Shown here in pieces: positions 49,015 through 62,131 of a stretch of DNA of 64,000 nt. The notes below the pieces were generated by a model. That model did no database searches. It was not told the origin of the DNA and worked only from the letters and a program-made list of their open reading frames with translations. Position numbers and translations under genes: made by a program. Each line of letters starts with the position of its first letter. Positions within the stretch are counted from its first letter, which is position 1. The stretch is taken from assembly GCA_038087875.1 (NCBI GenBank), contig CM075983.1:25978001-26042000 (forward strand), read 5' to 3'. The DNA comes from Malacoraja senta (taxonomy: Eukaryota).

Positions 49015-49390
49015 CTGAAGAAACCATACAAAGAATTAACCAGAGAGTAATTGGTGCAATTCTGTACAAGACAAATATATCTCAAAAAATCGAAGCATTA
49101 CAGAATGAGAAGTTATAATAAAAGGTGTACCCGGAAGTGGCGTACACATGCAGGCGTGTGTCCAATTTCATCCACGACAAACATCATTTATACTCATTCA
49201 AATCGATTTTCAATTGCATGATGCTGAAAACCTAGTCTTGAGAGAAGGTAGATGTATGAAGGCCGCAACCTTCAACATGAACTTACACGGTCAAGCCACG
49301 ATGTATAAAATGGTTCTGTTGCAGAATTTACTACACTACTACCAAAGTTATTGTAACATGGGATTTTCCTGAACTACATTGATGGTACGC

Positions 49391-50213
49391 TGTGTGTCGT
49401 CGGGGATGACGCAGGGTTCGGCGGTGACCACACCGACACTCACAGCAGGATGAACTTGTGATTTATTCTATTTACAGTGGTAAGAATGCCCCTCACTGTC
49501 AGAGTGCACGTGCGATGATGCCGACGATCTCAGGCTTGACCCAACTGCTTGGTCCTGGTCTTCGAAAGAGGAGGTTTGGCGAGCTCAATCTTCTTCCTGC
49601 AGTTCACACTTGTCTCAAGAGATGGCGCTGACAGTCTAGGTTTCTTGATGGCGGCTCAGCTTTGGGCTTGAAGAGGCAACTCTGGATTATCCTGGTGGCC
49701 AGTCTTTGCCCCTGTGCGTGTGTGGGTGAAGTTCTTCACGGTCTGTGGGCAGGAAGAGGTTCTGACACCTCAGGGTTGCTGTGGCCTCTGCTTTAACCTC
49801 AGTAGAGGCATTGGCTGTTTGAGCATCTTCCTGGCAGTCCAGTCTTGACCACACGGTGGCGTTGGTGGTCTCAGGTTTGTCCCAGTGGATCAGTCTTCCT
49901 CGAACTTGTGACAGGGAAACACAGGGAGGTGCTCCACTTTGCTTCCCTTCCCTTCTTTCTTCCTTCCTTCCTCTTTGCTGTTTTTCTCTTGTCCTCTCCC
50001 TTCTCCCAGTCTGTCTCTCTTGCTAGGATTTTATATGGAGTAGGCTGACACGGTTTAAGTGGCCAGCCAATATCAGTTAATGGACCCAGCTATACCAATG
50101 CTGCTGAGCCTGTCCTGGCCTGTCAGCCCTTTACAGGGATCAGAGCGGCTTCCAAGGGAGAGGGTAATGTCACAGCTGATAGACCAGCACTTTACCGTCA
50201 CCAGCAGCCTACA
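49391..50213 (-). mobile_element. Probable solo LTR-like element
   Basis: Minus strand TGTAGG...ACACA ends, CCAAT motifs, ATATAAAA at about 50030-50037, AATAAA at 49462-49467; no matching TSD found, left boundary uncertain. Confidence 0.4.
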
Positions 50214-50956
50214 ACTAATGTAACTTCTTGCGTTGCTTCACAAGTAGACATATGTCAACTGGAGACAGAAAAGTTAGTTTGGGGAGATTTGTGAATGAGC
50301 CGAGATCTAAAAAGACAGGCTTTGGGGGGAAATTATAGAGTGGATCCATTGTTACCAATGATAAAGCAGAGGGATAATAGATGAGACTCAGAGAAAGAGA
50401 ATTTGGAGGAAAATGTAAATTGGTTGAACCTAAAATCAACAAGAAATGTAGTAATAATAATGGCTTAAATTCGAGCAGTGGGTTGGAGTGCCAGTGTGGG
50501 CCTAAAATGCCTGAAGTGATGGGCATGGAGGATTAAGTGTGGGACAGGAAATGAGCACCTGAGTTTTTGATGTTGGATTTCACACTGGGGATTGGGTAGT
50601 GGTGATGGATGGGATGTCAGAATGTTGAGTGTTGTAGTAGTAGATCCAGAGTGACTAGTTTGTGCATAAGACTTTTGGTGTGGAAAGCCAAGTTAAGGAG
50701 AGCAATGTTGTGGAGATGGAATGAAGGAAAGTGATGGAAGTACTACATCTAAAGCACAACATGGTTGCACAACTACATGCTGAAAGAGGATTTGGTTTTA
50801 AAGAGTGTTAATACACAATTTGCAATTTTAATGCAGTACCTTTCATTAGTCAGTTGAGGGTGGAAACGGTATTATTTTGCAACATAACCAGAGGGTACTG
50901 GGGTTGCTACCTACAATTGCAGTGTAGAACTGGTATATAACGGCATGCTCACATAC

Positions 50957-51106
50957 CTTGTACCTCTCTCCATGCAGAGTCTCCACGTCAACAGTACCCT
51001 CTGCTTGTTTAACTCCCACCACCGGTCTGCTCAATCTCACACTGTCCTTCATTCTTTCAGCCAGACGCTCACTTATTTGTCCTGAGCCGCCAATAAATTT
51101 CCTTTC
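50957..51106 (-). CDS. mao: Monoamine oxidase exon 7
   Basis: 150 bp, ERKFIGGSGQISERLAERMKDSVRLSRPVVGVKQAEGTVDVETLHGERYK. Confidence 0.97.
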
Positions 51107-52148
51107 CTGAGAAAAGAAGCGTTAACATCAATATGTTGCATCTCCAAAGAAAAACCAGCAGAGGAAACAGCATTTAAAATATATTTATAAAATTTCAAAA
51201 TATGCTAGAAAAGTTTTTTTTGGAAACAAGGGAAAGTGTGGCTGGGGAATGCATTGTTGGAGTAAGTGATTGAAGGATTAATCAGGTGAGCATTTAATAA
51301 TAATTTCGATTAGAGGATAAAGAATTTGGATGGGAGTAGGATGATTTATTTTGTTCAGTATGGACTGATTTATCCAAAAGGTCCATAATTCTTTGTAATT
51401 GTTCATAAAAAGAGACCTGAATATTATGATACTCCAGCACCGTGTCCTTGTGTGTAAATTAGTACCTGCAGCTTTTTGTTTCTATATTGTGATACTCAGT
51501 TACATGCAAAGGTGGGCGTCTGCAGAACACACGGGTTGAACCTGCTGGTGTAAAATGGGTGACAGCTGTTCAACAGTTCAATTCACAAGTTCCTGATTTA
51601 TATTTCCGTTGGCTTCAAAGTCATGATCCACCTCTCACTGTGTCAGTGCCTTTCAAACTGTCAACAATTTACAATCTATTTCCTGATTGCATTATAGCAA
51701 CAAGGATTTTGTTCCAGATGGTCCTGTAATTTTGCAACACAAACACAATCTTTCCTTTATTGTCAAGTCCAGAAATTCCTGCTGATAATATAAATAGACA
51801 AAAACTTTAATGTTTTTATTTGACATTATTATGACTATTTTTAAAATCAGGATAAAACTCATTTAAATATGAATGTTATGCATAATACCATCAGCACCAG
51901 TTAATGCAGTTAAAGACCTGAAGCAGAGCTATAAGGATATATTTTAATTCTATTTTGGAAAATAACTTCTGACTTTAGCTTAAGTTTTCATAAGTACAAT
52001 TGCAAAAGCAATTCAAGTATTTTTCCTGAGTTGAGGGTATTAGTGCAAAGTTAATTTAATGAAATGAATCTGACAGAATTCCTGAACCATATTAACTATC
52101 TCACTTGTCAGTTGAAATTGTAAGTATGTGAATATTAGGCTCTCAAAC

Positions 52149-52290
52149 CTGGCCTCCATTAGTGGTAGAAAATATTCGTCTCGTCCCTCCACATTGTTTC
52201 ACATACCACAGAAACCAAAGTGCAGAGACTTCATGAGGCTCTGAAGTGACATTCACATTGACAAAGAGTGTAGCAAATTCCCTCGCCGCT
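52149..52290 (-). CDS. mao: Monoamine oxidase exon 6
   Basis: 142 bp, [47 protein letters not shown]. Confidence 0.98.
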
Positions 52291-52881
52291 CTGCAATTAA
52301 ACATACAGAGTCAATATTTAAAAGTATTTAATGATCTCCATTCTATGATCACCTTAAAAGATACTAAACAATTTTAAAAGGGAGTTTGAACCACTACTTC
52401 CTGAGAGAAGTTTATTGTCATAATATGACACGGCACCCACCTAGGTACTGGCATTATCATCCAAATGAAAGGCTCGCTTCCAGTTTGTTGATGGAACAGC
52501 GCGAAATGCCAAGAGAAAACAGACGGGTGTCTTTCTCCTCTCTGGGGAACGATTGGCGTTTTAACCTGGGAATATTTACAATTTGACATTTTGAGGAAAG
52601 TCTAAATTGGATGAAACCTATGCCTTTCCAGATAAGTTGAACCTGATTTAAAAACTGATATCCTTGGTATTGATAGGCACAGAGCTCATCAATAAGATCC
52701 ATCTACTCAAGGTGCGAGGTTTCTGAAGTAGACTGTTGTATTTGCTCTTTTGGTGGTAAGACAGAACTCATGTTTGTAAACAGCAGAACATTGCTGTTGC
52801 GGGAAAGATTTTCTTTACAGAATATTACCTTCTATTGAGAATACCATCACAAACAGAATTGAGCGGTCAGTAACAGCCCAC

Positions 52882-52973
52882 CTGGTCCAGCAAAGTTTGT
52901 CAATTAACTGTTTCATGGTCATGTTATCCCACTCTTCTCCATGTTGAGTGCTCCATGGTGCATCTGCAGGAAT
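52882..52973 (-). CDS. mao: Monoamine oxidase exon 5
   Basis: 92 bp, [31 protein letters not shown]. Confidence 0.97.
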
Positions 52974-53317
52974 CTAAAAATATCAAATTAACAATTCTGA
53001 TAAATTAATGATAATGAAAAAGGCTGGCAACATGGGATTGAGTTACAATACTGCCCCCTAATTTCAAATATTTATTTAGAAATTCTATCCAGATGGAAAA
53101 TAAACAAAGTCTCCTTACGATGGTAATTTATCAAAAATTATATTCTCCAGTTCCAGGGTTAAAATTCCTGACAAGACAAATTAATTGGATCCAAAATTCC
53201 CAGGTTGATCGAGGGCATAGCTAAACAATTGCACTTCTGAGAGGCCCTATAATTCCTGGTAGGGGCAGATATTTGGCAGAAGAATTGACTGACCTAAACT
53301 CAGTTCAGTTCACTCCC

Positions 53318-53503
53318 CAGCAGATGCTAGTTTACAAAAAAAGACCGTCTTTTTGGAGTAACTCAGCAGATTAGGCAGTATCTCCAGAGGATGTGGATAG
53401 GTGATGTTTCAGGTCGGGAACTTTCTTCATGTTAAGTCCCAACTTGAAACATCACCTATCCATGTTCTCCGGAGAAGCTGCCTGACCCACTGAGTTACTC
53501 CAA
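53318..53503. mobile_element. Fold-back Penelope-terminus pair
   Basis: Inverted arms 53353-53419 and 53437-53503. Confidence 0.8.
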
Positions 53504-53661
53504 CAATAGAGACAATAGACAATAGACAATAGGTGCAGGAGTAGGCCATTCGGCCCTTCGAGCCAGCACTGCCATTCAATGTGATCATGGCTGATCATCC
53601 CCAATCAGTACCCCGTTCCTGCCTTCTCCCCATATCCCCTGACTCCGCTATTTTTACGAGC
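53504..53661 (-). mobile_element. Short CR1 3' end abutting the Penelope fold-back
   Basis: (AATAGAC)n tail then aggtgcaggagtaggccattcggccc..., near-identical to about 20472-20595. Confidence 0.85.
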
Positions 53662-54566
53662 CTGTCTTTGTCTTTTTCAGTTAAATCCTTGTCCTTACAA
53701 TGATCACTATATGCAAGTAACAGAGTGAGGAGAAGATTGTGTGAACACTGCAAATCCTGTTCCTTTGAAAACGTAGCAACAGTTTAAAATGTACTGTTTG
53801 CCAAGATCCATTCATCAACGCAATTATACTTGGTTCAAGGGATACTATGCAATTGTTGGTGGCCATATCTTGGATCCATAGCCGGTCTGCTACTTACATT
53901 GTATTCAGAAAACTTTTATTATTTTTGGAATTGAACTATTTCAACACAATTAACAAACTAGTAATCTGAAGGCCCCACAATGGGTTTCCGAGAATACTGG
54001 AGGGGGAGATAACACCAACAAATAATCTAAATCCTGCTCTTCCAGCCAGATCTACTTGTTACATTTAGATTTTCCAAGGCATTTGCCAGGAGTTGTGTCT
54101 CCAGAAGTGGTGCCTCAATCGACTTTCCTTGTAGGCCAGGCTTACTTCACTGAGCCACAGGTGAGTCTTTTATCACTTCAGTATTTTACAACACAGTCTT
54201 TGATAACATATTTGCCTTGCCATCCTAGTCTATAACATTTGAGTGTTTCCACCCAGATGACAGTGTGGGCCATTGAATGTTTCAGAATTATTAGAATTGC
54301 TAAGGGCTGTTAGATTTGTTGAATACTTCCTTGAGTTACTGGGTTCTTGAAATGTAGGGCCTCAGATTTATTACAACTAGAAACATTTTGATCAGTCAGC
54401 AGATGTCTTTTAGTAAACCTGGTGTCTGGTTCATGGTCAGCACAGATTATAAGATTCATTGACTTCATATCAAAACTATGATAATAAGGATAAAAACATT
54501 TAAAATAAACGTTGGGCTCTTTCAAACACCCAATAACCTGTTCCAGGAAAGAAGCATGCCTGTCAC

Positions 54567-54671
54567 CTCATTTCCCATGTCATCCAAAGTTCTCCAGAAG
54601 TTGTTGTAGTCCATATAAGCAATCGGGTTCCACACAGGAGGAAATGGCCCATTAAATGGGTAAGATTTCCC
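54567..54671 (-). CDS. mao: Monoamine oxidase exon 4
   Basis: 105 bp, [35 protein letters not shown]. Confidence 0.98.
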
Positions 54672-56527
54672 CTGCAAAACAAGATAACGAAGGCTATTCA
54701 CCTGAAAAAAAACCCATATGCATTTACGTGCTTTGTGCCCATGGTTACTTGATGGAGCACTTGGCATATATCCATTTCTCAAGGATGAATGGTTAAATGT
54801 TAGTTTTGTACCCATTGCACATGCAATAGTCAGATGTCTTCTCTCGTTCTCACCTTCCATCCCCGCCATGTTCAATGGATCATCCCACAAGATTTACATC
54901 AGCTCTAACAAGACTCCACCAGCAGACACATACTTGTCTCCTTTCACATTGCAGCATTTCCAAAGGGAATGGAAATTCAGGTCCATTCTTCCTCCTGAAC
55001 CAAGTATTCTCTGTGTTTTGACCTCCTTTCCAAGCCCATAGGAGGTACAACTGCACGGCCACAGGGAGAACGTGTAAACTACACACAGTCAGCACCCGAG
55101 GCAAGATTGAAACTGGGTTTCTGGCACAGTGAGGCAGTGGCTCTGCTCTACTGGCCATTGAAATGTCATGTCAGGAGAAAAGCTCATAACAAGTAGGTCT
55201 AGGATTTCCATGCATTACCCAGAAGATCACACCTCATCCTAGTTGATATAGAAACAAAATAATTTCTTACATAATTGAAATCTTTCTGGGTGTCTCTTCA
55301 ATTGACCTCTTCAATTATATTTTAAATGCAGAATGATAAATAATTCTGCTCTTAAATTATTCATCAAACCAAAAAAAAGGTAAGGAAATCCAAGAGGGAT
55401 ATTTATTGTTTGTGGGTGATGGGAATACTTGATAGCATTGGAACACTTGTCAAATGAGCCTTCATATATGTATTCTCTCAGTAAGAAACAATTGCTGATT
55501 CCAAAGGCAACAGGATACAGACTTGAATCAATCAAATATTTAAACAATGCTATCATCAGAAGTGACTCCGCTTTTGTCGTGGCATTATCTGCAGCATCTT
55601 ATCGGTGGATGCAGTGAGCAGGAAGTCTCCGGCTCCTTGCCCAGCAATCTCCAATTCATAAGCTTGCCTGGAAACAAGATACTCTAAGCAGACACCAAGG
55701 AAAGAACACCACTGGGGGGGGGGGGGGGGGAGAGAGAGAGAGAGAGAGAGCGCTCTATGTTTATTACTGTGATATATCTTTGCCTCTAATTGTAATTGCT
55801 GTCCATGGTTTGTGTCAGAATCGTTCATCATGGAAAGTCTTTAAAGTTGTCTGTACTAACTTGACCTTTGCAATAATTCTGCACTGAAATATACAAACAA
55901 GATTTAACTGATGCTACATTATCATGGTTGCTAGGCACATGGTGACAGAATCACACCATTGTAGATGTAGTCGATCATGTTGTATAATTCAATGTCACAC
56001 CACAAAGCCATTCAGAAAGATGGTTTGGTCAGTCAATTATACGAAGACAGGGCTTCAGGAGACTATGGTTTAGACAGATTGTTACATGACATGGCTTTTG
56101 TGGGGATCAGATAGTAAGTGGCAGAATATTGGGGACTGCCATTAAACTAACATCAACAACCAAGTAATTAATTAAAATTGAATAAACTGACCATAGCATT
56201 TGAAAAAGTGTCAATCCAAAATATATTTATATGTGAAAAACTGCATATAGTGACAATGCTATTCTTAACCAAACTCAAAGTTTGCATACACAGTCAGTAT
56301 TATTCCCAGTCAGAATGAAAATTATAGATAATTCCCTTGTCAATCACACATTGTGTAATTATGTAATTAAAACAAGCTTTATAACTCAATTAAGAGTTAC
56401 TCTCATAGCAGGGAGTAAAAAATAAGATTTCAGAGTCTGCGGGCTCTTTGGGACTGCTGCTTAATAAGGCACATTACAGTAAACTTAAGTATCTAATATT
56501 AAAAACACTCAACTCTTAACTAATCTG

Positions 56528-57373
56528 GGTGTGGCGGCGCCTAATGGCAGCGGCTCGACTGCAGTCCGTTTGTCTTTTTTTTATTTTTGTCTCGTTAAAT
56601 GTAGTTGTTTGTGGGGTTTTTTATACTGTTTTTAACTGTGTATATGTGGGGGGCGGGGGGGAGGGGGAAATCTCTTCCCTGTACGGGAGACCCGACTTTT
56701 TCCCTGTCGGGTTTCCGTTGTCGTTGGGGCCTAGCTCCGTGAGGCGGCCTCCGACCGGAACGACCTGGGGGCTCCAGTCGCGGAGCCTGCGGATCTGCGG
56801 ACTTACCATCGTGGGGCTGGCCGTCCTCGGAGCATGAGGAGCGGTGGTGGCTCGCTGCTGCGGCCCGACTCCGGAGCTCAAGCTGCAGACCGGTGGACAG
56901 TGATATCGGGAGCTCGCGGGTCCGGGTGAGAGACTGCTTTCCGGAGCTCCCGCAACACAACTTCTCCCGCCCGTGTCGCGGGGTTGGAACGACCCGGAGC
57001 GGGGCCGTAAATCGCCCGGCGCGGCTTTAATGGCCGCGGGACATTCCAGCGCCCGCCGGGGGCTCCAACTTTGTGACTTTTGGGCCCGGAGCGAGGCAGT
57101 ACACCGCCCGGCGCGGCCTCGACGGCCGTGGGACTTAACATTGCCCGCCTGGGGCTTCAACATCGGGAGAAAAATGGTGCAGGGGAGAGAAAAGACTTTG
57201 CCTTCCATCACAGTGAGGAGGAGATTCACTGTGATGGATGTTTTTCTGTAAATTGAATTGTTTGTGTGTCGTGTAGGAATTGTTTTGTTGTATGGCTGTG
57301 GAAATGGAGTTTCGTTTGAGCCTCTTTGAGGTTCAAATGACAAGAATAAAATCTAATCTAATCTAATCTAATC
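56528..57373 (+). mobile_element. GC-rich non-autonomous retroposon (about 845 bp) with Rex-type 3' end
   Basis: 13-bp hairpin 57204-57238, terminal hairpin 57312-57340, AATAAA 57345-57350, (ATCTA)n tail; related to 15391-16206. Confidence 0.72.
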
Positions 57374-58896
57374 CCAATGGCTGGTTTTCCTGTATTTTTT
57401 TTGACTGTCTCTCGTTTTCTCATCGTACCACACATCAGTAAACTCAAACAGATAAATTAAAAATGACAGCCTCACTTCAGGGCCTTTCATTTTTATTCTG
57501 TATCCATAACAACAGAAGCAAAATACAAGCACAAAAGAGCAATCCGTCTCTGGGAAACAGTGATAGAGGCACATTTCCATGTATATCAAAGGAGAGAGAA
57601 ACAAGAAGACTTTTTATCTCCAGTTATAATGAAAGGATGTGCATAATACAATGCATGAAAATATCCATGTGGAGCTTTGTGATAATTGCTACCACTTTAA
57701 CAACCATGAGTCTTTTTACTTCTTTTGATGTAGGTAGCAAGGTGCTTCTGTCACTAACAAATATAATTTTGTTTTCTTTTTAGCAAAGTTTAAATGCTTA
57801 AAGTGTCGTCGACTTGTAGAATTGTCACCAAACCCAGCACAAAGAAAGTGGTAAGAGGTGGCAGATATGATTTGAATATCAATCCTTTTTTCTTCCTTTG
57901 ACAATTCATCAATTACCACATGAATTATTGCTTCAACATCACAAGATAGAGAAATAAGTGGGAAAAATGTGCTCCCTCTAAAACTGGATATTTGCCATCA
58001 GATTTGCAGTTTAGAAATGTCTGCATTGTGCAGTTAAAAACAAAATTGACAGGTACTTTTACTAAGAAAGGAGTGTTAAATACACCAAAGATATTCTCAA
58101 AGCACCTTAAAAAAAATTGCCTCTGTATTTGATCTTTTTCCTAATAATGTTGTCTGTATTTATGCTGGTGAAGAAAAAATATTCTAGGCTATGAATATTT
58201 ATATTAATTTTAATAAAGCCATTGAGATTTCTCAAAATGAAGTTCATTTTCAACATTCCATTTCCATGTGTGCCTTGGTACAAGTGCCCTCAAATGTGGA
58301 ACTAAACAGCAATATTAGGCAGATTTGAATTACAAGGAATCAGACTAAAATATTTCATTAAATTTGATATAATGTTAGCTGAGCAGGCCCATCAATTTAA
58401 ACTTCCATTGGAGAAGTAAATGAAAAACATTTACAAGATTCCTCTGGCATTTTTATTGGTCTTCCCCTGCAATAATAACAGGACATTTTAACATCCTTCT
58501 ATGGAAATTCAAGCCTAATATATATTTTTATATTTAATGAGATATTATAAAGACTGCCAAGCAAAGAGTAAAGGTAGTTATTTGATAATTGAATACCAGT
58601 CAGTCCAAATGAAGTAACATTTGAATGCAGTTTTGAATCTTTTTTGAAAGTCTCAAGATTGTTGCCATGTGACACACAGCCAGGGAATGTAATTTTATTT
58701 CAAAAGTGATTCATGTGAGGCAGTTTGATATTCCATTTTGAAGATGATACAAGGAAGGTCCGGCCATGCCCGTCATCTGCTCAATTGATTATCCACAAAA
58801 CGACAAATATCAGCAACAATGATACAAGGAGCGCTTCATTCTCTAGAATTACATCCTTTAAATCCAATATTATTAGAAAATGAAAGAATATTTTAC

Positions 58897-59034
58897 CTTT
58901 ACAAAGTGAATCAGTTTCTCTTTATCATTTACTTTGTAAGTCTCTATTTCCAGCTCCTTGGCCAAACGCAAAATCCGATTTTGAGTCGGTCCAATATATG
59001 CTCCCCCTAAGTCAACGTACTGGAACTCTGGACC
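58897..59034 (-). CDS. mao: Monoamine oxidase exon 3
   Basis: 138 bp, [46 protein letters not shown]. Confidence 0.97.
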
Positions 59035-59251
59035 CTACAAGGAATAATTGCATCAATGAATAACCATTTTTCTTTTTAATTTCTTGCCTGTTCCTTTAAC
59101 AGCAATGACTTCTGCCAGTTCACAGTTCTCTTGGTGGTGGTATCCTTTCTGCTTCCTGAAATACTATTAATGATGGGCACATCTTGGCAATCATTGTGGA
59201 CACGCTATTCAACCGTGTGTGAAAGGCAAGGCAAATTCTTGTATTATATAA

Positions 59252-59468
59252 CATAGAACAGTACAGCATAGGAATGGCCCTTCAGCCCACAACGTTAGTG
59301 CCAAACAGAATGCCAAGTTGAACTGATTTTATCTGCCTGTAGATAATCCAAATCCCTCTATTCCCTGCACTTCCAAGCGCCTGTCTGAAATCCTCCCAAA
59401 TGCCACTATCGTATCTGCTGCCACCACCACCATTGGCAATGTGTTCCAAGCCCTCACTACTCTGTGTA
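59252..59468 (-). mobile_element. CR1-type LINE 3' end
   Basis: Translates HRVVRAWNTLP; catagaacagtacagc tail. Confidence 0.75.
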
Positions 59469-60076
59469 AATGAAATTCATGCATGTACATTAACCAGCAA
59501 GAATCACTTAACAGTAATTGGCAACAGTGATTATTTTTCAATATAAAATTTAATATTTTTCATGCATATTTTTAATACAAAAGCCAATTCTGCCAATAGC
59601 ATCTTGTTATAAATTTCCTGATGTAAAGACCCATTCTTGATATACTTCTTCAGTACAAAGAAAACAAACTTTACATTGGAGAAAAAAAATTGTAATTGAC
59701 CTTAGCATGCAAAATTGTAATTGACCTTATCATTTTCACAGGTGGATTCTACTGCTTTGTGGGGGGAGCCAAATAACACTTGTTGCAATCATATATTTGT
59801 GGTAGGTTTGCAGTCGGCAAATATTATAGAAAGACACACGCTGGGTGCTGAAAGAATTCCCTATGCATTACTATAACATTACACTCAGGTGTACAAAGTA
59901 TAGCAGTACTTCAAGAATAACAGATCAGATTATTAATCCCATTTGATCAGAACATAACTTTTATCTATGAGGTGTGATTAAAAACAAAAACTCCCTTACT
60001 TTCAGACTGGCCAATGAGCAGGGAGACAAGCTACAGTATACTTCAAAAGGTGCAAGTGAGTCAATGCAAAGGTATA

Positions 60077-60390
60077 GGGGTGGCATTGTGGCACAGCTGG
60101 TAGAGCTGCTGCCTCAATGCTAAATATCCAGGCTTAAACTCTACCTAGTGGAGGTTTGCACATTCTCCTTGTGATCGTGTGGGTTTCCTGCAGGTGCTCT
60201 GGTTTCCTCCCACATCCCAAAGATGTGCAGATTTGTAGTTTTAATTGGCTGCTGTGTATTGCCCCTAGTGTGCAGGCAGCCAATGCAAAAGTTGGATAAT
60301 GTAGAAGTGACGTGAATGGGTGATCAACGGTTGGCATGGTCTTGGTGGGCAAAAGACCCGTTTCCATGCTGCATCTTCCAGTCAATCAAT
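60077..60390 (+). mobile_element. tRNA-derived V-SINE/HE1-like SINE
   Basis: A-box-like TGGCACAGCTGG, central gggtttcct..aggtgctctggtttcctcccaca domain, CR1-like 3' tail. Confidence 0.8.
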
Positions 60391-60648
60391 AGCAAGTATC
60401 AGGGCATTCACTTCCCTCTACTGCTAGTGTGCAATAATGGCAGTGTTTTCAGCCCTCTTTGTGGACTAGTAATCACAAGTACTCCTCATGGATTTCACAT
60501 GCAGACCAAATATCCTTCACATGCTCCACAGAAACAGGCTAGGACACCATAGAATACATTCTGCTGGTAATCCAAATCCCCACGCTTGCCATTTTGGGAA
60601 CCTATTCTTCCCCAGAATATAGAGATCATGGTTATTTTTATTTCTTAC

Positions 60649-60743
60649 TCGAACTGTGTATGTCCTTCCACCAACACGATCTTGCGCTTCTAACACTAGC
60701 ACTTTCAGGCCTTCCTCTATCAGCAGCTTGGCAGCTGACAGAC
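60649..60743 (-). CDS. mao: Monoamine oxidase exon 2
   Basis: 95 bp, (G)[31 protein letters not shown]; FAD-binding fold, AG/GT boundaries. Confidence 0.97.
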
Positions 60744-62131
60744 CTGTAAAATACAAACAATAGTGTTGGGCAGCAACCAGGAGGCTCTGTATACCAAGAG
60801 AGAACCTGGACTCAGGCCAGAAAATAAGGTTGCACAAAACAAATAATTTTAGCATTACAAATAATTAATTCGATTTTCAACTCTTTTGTCAATATTGAAT
60901 CACAGCAAAACAAATAAAATCTTAATCAAAGATGTCTGAGTTTAAATCAGGCACAGCATAGTTGTGCTTCTCTACAGTAAATCTAGGACACTTTGAATGA
61001 GAACTTGTGGAAACCAACCAGGATATCTGATCAATGTTCACAATTTATTGAATGAAATCAGTTTCCAACAGTTGTGAATGAGGTCTGAAAATGATGCTAC
61101 AATTTACGTTTAGTCTTCTCAAGAAAAAATAGTGCATTGCTTCTTGCCTTTAGCCACTGATTCTTCCAACATTTGCTCATTTGGTTGAAATATATATGGT
61201 AATATTTTTCTATTTCAAAACCCAGTTCCAGAAATTATGAAATAAATCTGTCGGCACTGCAGGAAGCTTCCACTTCCATTACCAGTTAAACAAAGTTTAA
61301 TGGTCTTTTGCAGATATTAATCAATATAAACTCATTGGTCTGCATTCAGAGTCATGCTTGCCTCCCACTCGTTTCCGACACGCTGTCAGTGTAATAAAGG
61401 TTTCTGAGATGATTTCTTCAGCCAATTAAGCTGCAAATCAATACATGTCAAAATACAGCAGCAAAGCAGGAAATTACAAATCTCACTGTGAAGGTGGTCA
61501 ACAACCAAATGAGGATGATTTCAGAATACCAGCTGTTGTTACGCAGCTCGTATGCTATAAAACTCTAATTTAAGGACACAATATTCTGTTGATGAAACTA
61601 GGCTTTTAATGAAAGTAAAAACGCAAGCCATATGATTTATTCCTGTTCTGTCTAAAGTTCGAGCTGGTGGCATACGAGGAGAAATTAACAATATTAAAAT
61701 ATTCGACACACAATTTCTATGCAGATTTTATTCTTGTGTTTGATTCTATTTCTATGCAGATTTTCTATGCAGATTTTATTCCTGTGTTCGATTCTAAAGT
61801 GATTACTGCCGTGCTGCAGGTTTGCAAGCTATTCTCAGATATGCAACATAGTCTTCTGTTTGTCCATACTGTCACATTTATGGCAAAAAAAAAACAATCC
61901 AACAAAATATCTATACATACTGAATGATAACCTTGAGGTGACCATTATCTGCCAATCCCCTGTATTAACCCACAACTCCAAGCTACCATCAGCTATTGTC
62001 AATAACTGGTACAAATATAGTACTTTGCAAAACATGGAAGGAGATATTAAAGATGATCAACCATTTTCTAATGAACCAGATTATTAAACAGCTTTTAAAA
62101 AGGAAAGTTGATGTTTCAGAAATTAAGGCTC

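Noticed and set aside
59684-61800. Short tandem duplications (about 59686-59733, 61713-61796; also 39071-39104)
   Set aside because: Ordinary local slippage duplications with no unique spacers; not CRISPR-like.
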